This document shows positions 51,804-64,000 of a stretch of DNA of 64,000 nt, piece by piece. A program made the position numbers and the translations under genes. The stretch spans positions 62,001 to 126,000 of the forward strand of contig NC_043026.1 of assembly GCF_006345805.1 (NCBI RefSeq). Reading direction: 5' to 3'. The number at the start of each line of letters is the position of its first letter. Position 1 is the stretch's first letter. Below the pieces are notes generated by a model. The model was given only the letters and a program-made list of their open reading frames with translations. It was not told the origin of the DNA and searched no databases. Source of the stretch: Octopus sinensis. Lineage: Eukaryota.

Positions 51804-52752
51804 ACGTGAACAAGCACGCGCGCACAAGAACAAACTCACACAATCATACACTCATTAGCTTCTTCTTCCTCTTCGACACGTCAATCAGAAAAAACACGCA
51901 GTTGGCAAGACAACACGTGCTCACGGAAACTAACGAATATTTTGTTTTCATTCGTCTACTCAAAACGAAGCTATGCCAAACTATTCCATCCAACATCGGT
52001 CTTTTGAGTTGTAATTCTCTTTCTCTCTCTCCAGGGACAGAACTGTTTTTGTTATTGTTCCAGGTCACATCTGACCATAAATATGCATGTGTGTGTTGTG
52101 TGTGTGGTGTGTTTGGTGTGTGTGTGTTGTGTGTGTTGTTGTGTGCGTGTGTGTGTGAACTTCTTTATTTGTATTAAAGCTACCAATGGTTTCAGGTCAT
52201 GAAAGATCGTTGTATCTTAACAATTTTTCAAGGCCATCACATGAAGGAACAGTTATCGCCTCCATTTTGTGTTATAAACATAAACGGAGAAAAAAACCAT
52301 GTGATCGGCTGGAAAAATTGTTAAGATAGGAGTGGCTGTGAGAGACGTACCTTGCTTACCAGCGACATGGTTCCGGGTTCAATACCACTGCGTGGCGCCT
52401 TCGGCAAGTGCATTCTACTGTAGCCTCAGGCCAAACAAAGTCTTCTAAGTGGATTTGCTAGACGGAAAGTGAAAGAAGCCCGTCGTATATATATTGAGTG
52501 TGTGTCTGTGTGTCTGTGTTTGTCCCCCCAACATCGCTTGACAACCGATGCTGGTGTGTTTACGCCCCGGCAACTTGGCGGTTTAAAGTACTAGGCTTAC
52601 AAAGAATAAGTACTGCGGCAGTTTTGCTCGACTAAAGGAGCTGCCACAGCATGGCCGCGTTCAAATGACTGAAACATAAGAGTAGAAGAATAAAAGAATA
52701 TTTTCTAAACATGAATAAAATGGTAGCATTAATGCTTCAATAATATGATTAA

Positions 52753-52885
<133 letters not shown>

Positions 52886-52886
52886 T

Positions 52887-52918
<32 letters not shown>

Positions 52919-55900
52919 CAACAGACTTCTTTCAGTTTCCGCCAACCAAACCTACTCACAAGGCTTTGGTCGGCCAGACTCGAAGATATTTGCGAAAGTT
53001 GCCCCGAAATGGGACTGAACATGGAACCAAGTGGTTGGTAAGCAAATAAGTAACTTTGTAATTACAAGAGTAAAAATTATCAAATAATTATTTAGTAGTT
53101 GTGAGCATGCGAATTTACAGTCAGAAGACATAAATACTTTTAAATATAATAGTATATGAAATATACGCGGAGTGATAAGTATCATGTGGATTTCTTACAT
53201 GCTAAAAATAGCAGTCAAAGTCTAAAACCACGAAAGAATATTCTTACATTAAAGCACGTTGATTTGTAATCAAGTAAACACTTTGAGTGAATAAAAATAT
53301 AGTAAACCTTATACTCAAGGGTTTCACTATTAAAGACAAAATAATCATTTAATGAATAATTTATTGATTAATTAATTTCTATAGCTCGTCGGAAAGGTCG
53401 CTAATTAAATGCATAAACATAAAACTGCAATACATATCGAAAACACAAATTAAACAGATGCGCACTCTGGTCCATGTTTATGCATCATTGATTCATCTCA
53501 GAATGCACGCAAACAATGTGCAACATATACATATATATATATATATACATGTATATAATATTTGTGACTTGGAACCAGTGAAAGGATAATTAACTATAGC
53601 ATTTAACACCAATCAAAGCCAAACAGTGTTAAACAATGTGTGTGTATGCCTTTTGTTTGTAATTAAAAAGTGCACTGATAATTTCTGTGATACATGTAGA
53701 AACACGCAGGAGAAGTTGGTGAAAACTGTTCTTGTTACAATGTTTCGAAATCGATAACCAAGTCACGTGGAAATGTTGATAGAGGCAAGAGTGCTTACGT
53801 GATTAATTGATGTTAAATGAAGAGGTATCTTTTGAGATGGCAACTAGGAAGGATTTAAATCGATTGTGTACGAATGCCGAACTATGAGAAAATCCACATT
53901 GACGAATGCCTTTCTACATGTAAGTCTTAGTCTAAGCGGAGAAGGAACACACACGAGGACGGAAAGTCTTTCCTGTAGATGTCACACGTGTATGATGAAG
54001 ATTAATGGATAATGGCCATGAGTTAGAATAAGAACAGTAGTAAACGAGTGAAGAGCGAAGATATGGTGCGTGTGTTTATTTGGCAATAAACAAGAACAAC
54101 GACAGTAATTTTATTCAGCTGAATACACGTTATTGATTGGTTGAAGTTACCGAAATACGACAACTTTAACGTGAAATAACTTCGTAAATATAAGTTTTTC
54201 TCCAAAATGCTGAGAGTAAAATATGTTTTATATGACACATTCTATCAGTGTCCGAAGTTTCAAAGTGTTTAGTTGCGAAAAAATTATTTTCTAAATCTGT
54301 AGGTCAAAAGGTAAAGATCCTATAACGAGATAATAAATAACGTCCTCGCAAATCGTTGTACTCAAGACACACAATACTTGTACTTACACTCGACAATACG
54401 CAACTCTCGGCTTTACACAGCTCACCGACTCTCCTTTTCTTTATTTGGCACCCAGGCCTTAACAGAGAGAGGACAACAAAAGGACAGACAGAACACAACA
54501 AATGGGGACAAAAAATATGCAGCGAACGCAAAATGAAAAAATGTATAATGAAATCGATCCTGATGAAATGGCTGCATGAGCCCAACTCTGATTCTTTATT
54601 TAGGCACTCGGCAACTAACACGGAGGGGACACTACAAGGACAGACACAACACCACAGTGGGGACAATAAACATAAAACGAATGAGCATGACTATTATATA
54701 ATAATGAAAGATGAATGGTTGCAGGAGCCCCACTCACAAGCAGTACCATTTAACTGTTAATTTAGACAATTTTTTAGTTTTCTTTTTTCTTTTTGCATTT
54801 TCTTTCCCATTTAAAAAAAATCTATTTCCTTCATTTTTTCTTTCTTATTTTTTTCTTCTCTTTTTCCCTTTTTAAAGGACTCCTCTATTACCATTCATTA
54901 GGGGTATTAATTCCTCGTATTTATCTTCTTTGGGTAGTTGCTCAAATTAAATTTCTTTCCCCAAAGGGTTCACATAGTCCTTTCAACCTTTTATACCTTT
55001 CCTTGTCAATCGCCACACCCTTGATGTTTCCAGCTAACGTTCAGCTGGCAATCCTATTCTTATGGCACCTTTCAAATTCCTTATTTTTTCGCTCTATGTC
55101 GGTGCTTTTCACATATATATTACTACAATCCACTTTTTCTTATTAGTAATTACTTGGTTACGCTCCGGACATGGCGGTCCTGGCTATTCGTTCCCTTCGT
55201 TCCTCCGTCTGTACATAACCATAACCGTCCACGATTATATTTTCCAATCTATGTAGCGATACTTCTGCTGGGGTATCGGCCAGTTCATCGGTACCTCCTC
55301 TATTTACTCAATTTTGCACCGTTGACACGACTGGAGCGGCATCACGTGATGTAGAAACTATGTTAGCATGAATACCTTTGGCAGGCTGAACCATTTTTGT
55401 GCACGTGCTCGAGAATATCACGATGCCAAATATTCTCCATTTTCAAATATAATATTCAGTTCTAGGAAAACCAGTTTCCTTTAAGGGGATCGAAAACATC
55501 CCATTTTCCACCGGTTCTTCAGTTAAATACCCCATATGATAGAGAAAGATTTATCAAAACTAAAAAGGGTAATATATTCAATTTGAAGCACTCCGTCGGT
55601 TACGACAACGAGGGTTCCGGTTGATCCGAATAAACGGAACAGCCTGCTCGTGAAATTAACGTGTAAGTGGCTGAGCACTCCACAGACACGTGTACCCTTA
55701 ACGTAGTTCTCGGGGATATTTAGCGTGACACAGAGAGTGACAAGGCCGGCCCTTTGAAATACAGGTACAACAGAAGCAGGTAGTAAGAGAGAGAGAAAGT
55801 TGTGGTGAAAGAGTACAGCAGGGATCACCACCATCCCTGCCGGAGCATCGGATGGAAGCACTCCGTCTTTACGACGACGAGGGTTCCGGTTGATCCGAAT

Positions 55901-56473
55901 CAACGGAACAGCCTGCTCGTGAAATTAACGTGTAAGTGGCTGAGCACTCCACAGACACGTGTACCCTTAACGTAGTTCTCGGGGATATTCAGCGTGACAC
56001 AGAGAGTGACAAGGCCGCCGGCCTTTGAAATACAGGTACAACAGAAGCAGGTAGTAAGAGAGAGAGAGAAAGTTGTGGTGAAAGAGTACAGCAGGGATCA
56101 CCACCATCCCCTGCCGGAGCCTCGTGGAGCTTAGGTGTTTTCCGCTCAATAAACACTCCAACGCCCGGTCTGGGAATCGAAAACCGCCGATCCTATGACC
56201 GCGAGTCCGCTGCCCTAACCACTGGGCCATTGCGCCTCCACATATATTCAATATAGATAATTAAAAGGATAGAGAGAATTACAATTTCATGTTTTAATCT
56301 TAATTTATTAACATTATAATATACATATACTATAGGCGCAGGAGTGGCTGTGTGGTAAGTAGCTTACTACCACCAACCACATGGTTCCGGGTTCAGTCCC
56401 ACTGCTTGGCACCTGGGGCCGACCGAAGCTTTGTGAGTGGATTTGGTAAATGGAAACTAAAAGAAGCCCGTCG

Positions 56474-56510
<37 letters not shown>

Positions 56511-58205
56511 TTGTGTTTGTCTCCCCAACATCGCTTGACAACCGATGCTGGTGTGTTTCCGTCCCCGATACATAGCGGTTCGGCGAAAGAGACCGATAGA
56601 ATAAGTACTCGGCTTACAAAGAATAAGTCCCGTGTCGATTTGCTCGAGTAATGGGCGGTTTTCCATTAGACAAATTATTAACATTAGTTATCTCCCTTGC
56701 ATCCTGTTGAAGCTCAAGTTTCGAACTGTACTGCTTTTATGTAAATAATTTTTGCTGTTAACATGGTCCGATTTGAATTTTTTCTTCTACGGAAGGAAGA
56801 GCAAGCCTTCTTCTGTCATACTCTCAATTTTGGTCAACCCCACTGCGTAACTGTACTTAATTTATCGACCCCGAAAGGATGAAAGGCAAAGTCGAACTCG
56901 GTGGAATTTGAACTCAGAACGTATCGGCAGACAAATACGGCTACGCACTTCGGCCGGCGTGCTAACGTTTCTGCCAGCTCGCCGCCTTTACTGGCTTTAA
57001 TATACTTAACGTTATCCCTTTAACTTGCTTACGAATGGCGGAATATAAAACGAACAGGTTCATCACCAGTTTCAGACTGCAGTTTAAGACGGGGTGTACA
57101 CCTTTTTAAGTGTGCGTGTCTCTGATGTATATTCATGTATTTTCTTTTATTTGCATATGTTTATACTGTTTTCACTCATCCTTTTTCACTGTGTCTGTGT
57201 GTTCGTTCTGTTTCCCTCTCTTTTTCTTTCTATCCTTATTATTCCTCTTTCCTTCTACTCTTTCTATTCTTGCCTCCTTTTCTACTTCTATAACCAAGTC
57301 ATCAACACCTCACACCACTACCACTCCTCCTAAACTTACTCAATCTCTCTATATAAACGCGGCAGTTTGTCTGTGTGTGTTTCTGTGTGTCTGTTACGTT
57401 GTACCCTCACCCTGACCACGGCTTTCAACCGATTCTGATGAAACTTGACACACACATAGCCCAATGTCATAATTCAAAACTAACGCAGCGAAAATTTTGA
57501 AAAGTTCCCCCAGTTCTGAAAAAAATCGATAAATTCGACATGGAGTCGAGAATCAGAAACACAAACCACAGACTGTCTAGGGACGCAACTCGACCTTTTT
57601 AACTAAAAAAATTTACCATCATTTTTTTTTCCATTTTTTTGGCTTTAACTCTCTAAAAATGCCTTATAGTTATTCCCTTACAAACCCGAGCAACGCCGGG
57701 CGATACTGCTAGTACTTATTATATGTGAGCTGGCAGAAACGTTAGCACGCCGGGCGAAATGCTTCACACGTATTTCGTCTGCCGCTACGTTTCTGAGTTC
57801 AAATTCCGCCGAGGTCGACTTTGCCTTTCATCCTTTCGGGGTCGATAAATGAAAGTACCAGTTTACGCACTGGTTTCGATGTAATCGACTTAATACCTAT
57901 GTCTGTCTTTGTTTGTCCCCTCTGTGTTTAGCCCCTTGGTGGGCAATAAAGAAATAGGAAATAGATATTTCGTCTCGCCGCTACGTTTCTAAGTTCAAAT
58001 TCCGCCGAGGTCGGCGTTGCCTTTCATACCTTCGTGGTCGATAAATTAGTACCAGTTACGCCTGGATCCATGTAATCGACTTAATCCCTTTGTCTGTCCT
58101 TGTTTTTGCCCTTTGTGTTTAGCCCCTTGTGGCTAATAAATAAAAATAATATTATATGTTTCTATCATTAACTCGGCTCTTTTCCTCTATATTCCCTCTC
58201 TTTCT

Positions 58206-58241
<36 letters not shown>

Positions 58242-58765
58242 CTTCCCATACTCTGTCTTTTTCTCTTTTCCTTTCATTCCTTCTTGATTTATCGGTTTAC
58301 ATTTCGTTCCAAGTTGTTAATAGAAACACCAGAAGCCTGTCACTGGGTGTCTGTGTTTGTTTGGCCCCTTGCAGGGCTATATTCGGCCCCACAAACAATG
58401 GGCGTTTTAATCACATACAACTAAGCAAGATGGCGGAGAGCATCTTGAAAGAGTTAAAAGAATACTGGCTCTCTCGCAGGTGACTGCTGAAGATTTCCCT
58501 CCCCTACACGTATATAAACAAATAATTTATGTGCATCACTTTGAAGAATTTACTCGAACAAATCGACCGAAGACTTATTCTATGAAGTTCATTCTATCGG
58601 AATGTCGAGTCTCTAAGTTACGGGGACGGAGACACACCAACAATAGTTGTGAAGCAAACGCCACAACACACAAACAAACCAAAAGGAACACGCTCGCACA
58701 CATATCACACACACATACACACACAAACACGTTCGTCCTCACACACATACCCACAGACATACACA

Positions 58766-58796
<31 letters not shown>

Positions 58797-59756
58797 TATA
58801 CATTGTTTTGTTAAAACCGAAAAACCTTCAGAAAACTCTGACCCAGGCTTTCACGTGACCGTTCATTAGACAGTTAGGATAGCTCGGACTAATTAAATTC
58901 TGTGAGTACATATATATCACAATGCGAGATCTGATCAAAAAGTATCGGGACTGCTGCTATAAAGAGGAAACTACAACACATAGGAATTCAGGATTTCATC
59001 TCCTTCGAAGTATTTCTCTTCTGAAGCAACACAATTTATGAAGCATCGTTTCAATCGTCAGGAACATCCCTGGAACTCATTTCTGAGGATAGCGAGCATC
59101 TACCTCGTCGCATTCTCTAGGATTTTCTCGACATCTTCAAATCTTTTGGGCCTTCCACTACGAAGACCTTGGTTCCGGTGTCATAGCAACAGGCACAAGG
59201 TCTTCACCTGTAATGACGTTTTTCAAATGACTTCCTAGACACAACCAAATAGATTCTGCACCGCTGACAGCCTTTCTTCTTGGGACAACCACACTCAAGA
59301 CACTTTACTTCTAAACACTGCTATCAACAACGGAAGTTAGTGGAAACTTTATAACCACCGTGAATGATCGCCATATTTCATTCTGTAACTGCCACCTCTG
59401 AAGTGTGCAGTGTTACATAATAGATCGGACTCTTACCTAACATTCCATTGAACCCATAGTGACAAAACGATGGGTTAGATCGTCTCTAATATATGTATAA
59501 AACTGTACGTATTATATATATATATATACATTTAATATATTATGTATATTATATATGTATGGATATTAATTAATAAGGGTGAGAGAATTAGATACTAATT
59601 TAATAGTATATCTATTCAACACCAAGTGGCCTAGTGCTCCGAGAAACCTGGATTATTATAATATTTTAATATATTATAATATTTTTACAAAATAAATATA
59701 AGAGAGTGGTCACTATAGGCTCACTCTCTTATATTTATTTTGTATGGATATTATAT

Positions 59757-59810
<54 letters not shown>

Positions 59811-60388
59811 AATATACATAATATATATACAACTTATAAACAAGGGCAAAAGAAATAATTATCATGCCAAATATGCGGAAAATAGACAAATCGTGTTCAC
59901 TTCACTTCCGGACTCTCTCACTCTATGAGAGTTTTCAGTCCGATCGCACGTGTCTCGAGGTGTGCTGGAGAATTTCTATTTTGGATATATTTGTGGTACT
60001 TAAGTATGCTCATGACTTAATGTTTGCTTCTTCCATGGGTATAAGTAAGTATTTCATTTATTTCTTACGGTATTTATCGCTGACGAGGAAAAAATTGTTA
60101 TGAATTAACTCTGAAATTGGGACCGATATGATATTAACGGAATTTTTTAGAAATTTCTGTCGTCTTACTTCGAGACACGTGCTTATAGTAATAGCTTATA
60201 TGGTTAGTGACGATGTGTCTATTTTCGGCATATTTCGCATTAGAATTTTTTCTTTTCCCTTGTTTATAAGTTGTTTATAAATTTAAACTTTAAAGTTATT
60301 TTTCAATATGCTGGCCATTGAGAGAATTTTTTTTGAAAATTCTATCCTATATTAGATGTAAATATATATATGTATATATGTATATATA

Positions 60389-60470
<82 letters not shown>

Positions 60471-61107
60471 ATGTGATATATTGTTTGTGTCATAAGTCTA
60501 CCTTTTGTTAATATTTAGAATATATCGCAATACCTTACAAATTTTCAAACCGATCACATGTTATCTCTCTCCATTTTCGTTTAAAACACAAAATGGAGAC
60601 GAACGCTGTTCCTTCATTTGATCCCCTTGAAAAATTGTTGAGGTATTAAGCTATTTTCTTCACGTGAAACCATAAAGAGACTTAATACAAATATAGAATA
60701 TTTATTCACAAATGCGATGTTAAACACTCACTCTAATTGTTTGACATTTACGACAATATGTATATACACACATAAACACGCTCGCACACACACATATCTG
60801 GTCAGACGTGAAATGGAACAATAACAACAACGGCTGGAAAGAGAGAGAGAAAATCACAACTTCAAAGACCGATGTTGGACAGAATATTTGTATGGATTCT
60901 TTATTAACAGATAATACATGGCGTGTGTGCATCACTAGTGGTGGTCAGCTAGATTGGCTGAACGTGAACAACAACAACAGCTGGAAAGGCAGAAAGAGAA
61001 TCACAACTTCAAAGTGATAATACTTGACGTGTGTGCATCACTAGTGGTGGTCAGCTAGATTGGGTGAATGTGAACAAAAACAACAACAACAATAGTGTCA
61101 ATGGATA

Positions 61108-61175
61108 TCATGGGCCGGGATATTCCTGCTGCCTGAGGCTGATGAATATGGCCATGGAGTCTGCTATTCCATAAC
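61108..61175 (-). CDS. Paralogue D, terminal coding exon 5 (GYGIADSMAIFISLRQQEYPGP*)
   Basis: Acceptor tacttgcag, TGA at 61110-61108. Four residues longer than A/B/C. Confidence 0.78.
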
Positions 61176-61508
61176 CTGCAAGTAACAATAACAACATCAA
61201 TAACCAAAGGAATTGAAATAAATCGTGGAAAGTCCTCCTACGCGCTCGCTCATATTAATAGAAATGGCAGCCAAATCTCCACAAAGTGTAATGGGAAACA
61301 TACAGGTGGGTCACGGTCAGAACGCTTTAGATCATAAATTAGTTGAATCAAGGCTGATTGGCTGCTGTACAATAAGTACAAAAATAACTTCTGCAATTAC
61401 TACTCACATTAAGAGAGAGAGAGAGAGAGTGAGCGAGTGAGAGACAGAGAGAGAATGGGGAAAGCGACACAGAGAAAGTCACAAGCACAAAATGAAAACA
61501 TCACTTAC

Positions 61509-61669
61509 CGTCGTTCCAGATGACACTCGAGCTTGCATCAGAATATTGAATTGCAGGGTAACGAACCAGGTTCTCATATGCACAGGATCCTCCTGCATAT
61601 TCAATTATTTGTAGCCAGCCTTCATCCCTCGTACAGTCACCGATTTCCGATATAAGGAAGCGACGAACA
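61509..61669 (-). CDS. Paralogue D, coding exon 4 (VRRFLISEIGDCTRDEGWLQIIEYAGGSCAYENLVRYPAIQYSDASSSVIWND)
   Basis: Read by hand. Acceptor ctctacag, donor gtaagt, 161 nt (one codon shorter than A/B/C), open frame with both cysteines kept. Confidence 0.83.
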
Positions 61670-62246
61670 CTGTAGAGTTGGAAAAATACTTATTTGGGTT
61701 TCAGAATGAGAAAATATAAGCATTTAATAAATATAACATTGTGTCCCATGCACACATTTGAATTAGTCTGTAGTTAATTAAAATAGCCATTTGTGTATCA
61801 TATTTAAAGTATAAACACACTGTCAATAAACTTGTTACTTTAGTAGTATAATCTCTGAGGAAACATCTCCTATGTATTTGCTTTGTTTCGAATAATAAAT
61901 ATCGGTGACACGAAAATTCGTTCCAGCAGCGGACAATGACAGAAAAAGAGGTTATCTCAGGGCAAATATTGCAGTAACTGGCCTATCGGGAGTGTGTCTA
62001 CGTTAGGTATGATATATAGACGTCTATTCCACTCTATTAGAATCTGTATTGACAGCTCCAAAAGCCGTCTATAGAATCCTTTTCTCAGACTGAAGTTATA
62101 TTCACAACGAGATCAAGAAAATATCGTGAATAAATATATAGAGTTTAAAAAACAGATTTGTATTTGTACCATAAGAAAAGTGCTTTTAGCACAATACGAC
62201 AATACGTCTCTACCTAGTGAAAGAGAAAAAAATATTGATAACATAC

Positions 62247-62410
62247 CTAAATCCTAAATATGCGAAATAACCCGGGTTGGCTGAAGATAGGTCATCCCAT
62301 GGAGAACTTTTCAAGTTTGCATAACTGAACCAGTTATTATATCTTGAATTTCGTCCATCAAATATCATAGTCACCACAGCTGTTTGGTTTTTATAAATCA
62401 CCAGTTTCAC
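62247..62410 (-). CDS. Paralogue D, coding exon 3 (VKLVIYKNQTAVVTMIFDGRNSRYNNWFSYANLKSSPWDDLSSANPGYFAYLGF)
   Basis: Acceptor ttttcag, donor gtatgt, 164 nt, within ORF 62210-62410. Exons 1-2 would lie beyond the window end. Confidence 0.85.
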
Positions 62411-62517
62411 CTGAAAAGTAAGAGTAAATATATAACAGACACATACACACGCACAAATAGATCAAGTTCTATTGATCGAGGTAATTTAACAGCTATTTCA
62501 TTGGCTACGAGCCTAAA

Positions 62518-62549
<32 letters not shown>

Positions 62550-62599
62550 TCTCTAAATACTCTGGAAGAGTTCAATATCCTCCTGAACAACCTACACCC

Positions 62600-63554
62600 A
62601 TCTCTCCAATTTACAAAGGAGATGAGTAGTACCAAATACCATTCCTAGATATAATGGTAATTAAAAAAGACACCACCATCACCACAGATATATACTATAA
62701 CACACAGACACACATCAATACCTAAATTTTAAGTCGTGCCATCCACCACATAAAAACGTAACATCCCATACTGCCTAGCCAGAAGAATTTGTACCATTGT
62801 AGAAGATGCAAATATCAGGAACAAACGCCCAATAGAACTAAGAGAATTTTTGCTCAAACAAAAATACCCATCTCTACTTATAGAAAATGGCATACAGCGG
62901 GCTATAAAAATACCCATACAACAACTTAGGACAACCCAACGAAGAGGAAAACAAGTCATACCATTCATAGTGACACGCAACCCATGTCACCAGAACATCT
63001 TCAACATTGCCAAAGCAAACCTACCAATCATTGCCCAAAGTAATGAATTAAAAGACGTAATCACGGATCGAGCTATGGTGCTTAGTAAAAGACAGCCTAA
63101 AAACTTGAAAACATTACTAACAAAGGCAAAATTTGACCTTAGCAACAAAGACCAAACATTCACGGTATCTAAATGCAATGATAGCCGATGTGGCACATGC
63201 CAATTCATACATACCGGTCAATATACAAACACAAAAACCGGGAAAATATTCACAAACGCGAATATGAACTGCAAAAGCAGAAATTTAATTTACTGCATCA
63301 AATGCCCAAATTGTGAAGAAATATATGTAGGTCAGACGGGAAACGCACTATCAGAACGCTCACGTGTACACCGGCAACAGATTAGAGACCCAGAGGTCCG
63401 TCAGATACCTTTGAGTAACCACCTGGCAACATGTGGCCGGAAAATGTATATAATATTTCCGTTCTACAAATTACACAGCCCAAGTGAAATCGAGAGGAGA
63501 ATCAGAGAAAAGAATTTTATTGATAAATTCGAACCCAAGCTAAATAAGCAATAA
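62600..63554 (+). mobile_element. 5'-truncated Penelope-like element (RT C-terminus plus GIY-YIG endonuclease) in intron 2 of paralogue D
   Basis: IPFLDIMV..TDIYYKHTDTHQYLNFKSCHP upstream of ORF 62850-63554, which has PKNLKTLLT, KCNDSRCGTC and NLIYCIKCPNCEEIYVGQTGNALSERSRVH. Confidence 0.9.
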
Positions 63555-64000
63555 TAATAATACTTAGAGGTACTACTTCTACTGCTACGACCATGACCAC
63601 TAACAACAACAACAATACTAAAGGTGATCAAGATGAAGGTAGCAGGAAAATTATCTTATTTAGGGTTAAAAGTTCTATTGCCACCACCATCACCACTAGC
63701 AACAATAATTAAGGTGCTGACGATGATGATGACAATTGAAATATAAAAATATAAAAATCTCTGACAAAGGATATTTACAACATTTCTAAAAATAACCCTA
63801 CAATTGCTGCTTCGGCCAGGGTCAAGAAACAGGACTCTTGACATGTCCAACAAAGCGTGATGCCTAAACCAATCAGCTCAACCAACCAATCAGCTTAAGT
63901 AATTGAGTGATACTACACACTGATTGGTCAGAATACAGTTTAAAAAACCTAGCACTCTGGAGCCTACTCAGCTGTATTTATAGCACAGAATCAATCATCT

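Overview
This is AT-rich, repeat-dense animal DNA. The repeat landscape (tRNA-derived SINEs, Penelope-like elements, long TA/CA/TAGA/ACAT microsatellites) is what I would expect of an Octopus genome, but that is inference. Almost all ORFs in the supplied track are microsatellite or transposon artefacts. The real content is a cluster of four paralogues of one intron-containing gene, arranged A(+) B(-) C(+) D(-). I reconstructed it by hand from splice sites and exon phases. It has five coding exons (331/179/164/164/56 nt, phases 1-0-2-1) and encodes a ~297-aa putatively secreted protein: signal peptide, a cysteine-reduced PAN/Apple-like module, then a ~185-aa domain (WIKTYA..G.GSKVY..F / VKLVIYKN..VVTMIFDG / SSPWDDL / VRRF..GC..ESGWL / C.YD..FPAIRYS / ADSMAIFI) that I cannot assign to a named family. 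Copy C (42192-51299) has all five exons but a 1-nt deletion in exon 2. Copy B (33053-19572) has a 1-nt deletion in exon 1 and no visible exon 3; a Penelope element lies where exon 3 is expected. A and D are cut by the window edges. A/B sit in a ~7.7-kb-arm inverted repeat and A/C in a ~11.5-kb direct duplication. Coding differences between near-identical copies are almost all amino-acid changing (14 changed codons and none synonymous in exon 4 of A vs B), which suggests a rapidly diversifying secreted recognition/effector family. Also present: two Penelope-like elements, hammerhead-like motifs, Tc1/mariner, LINE, gypsy, Helitron-like and piggyBac-like remnants, and a 30-bp minisatellite. Exon coordinates are exact by my count; repeat boundaries are approximate.
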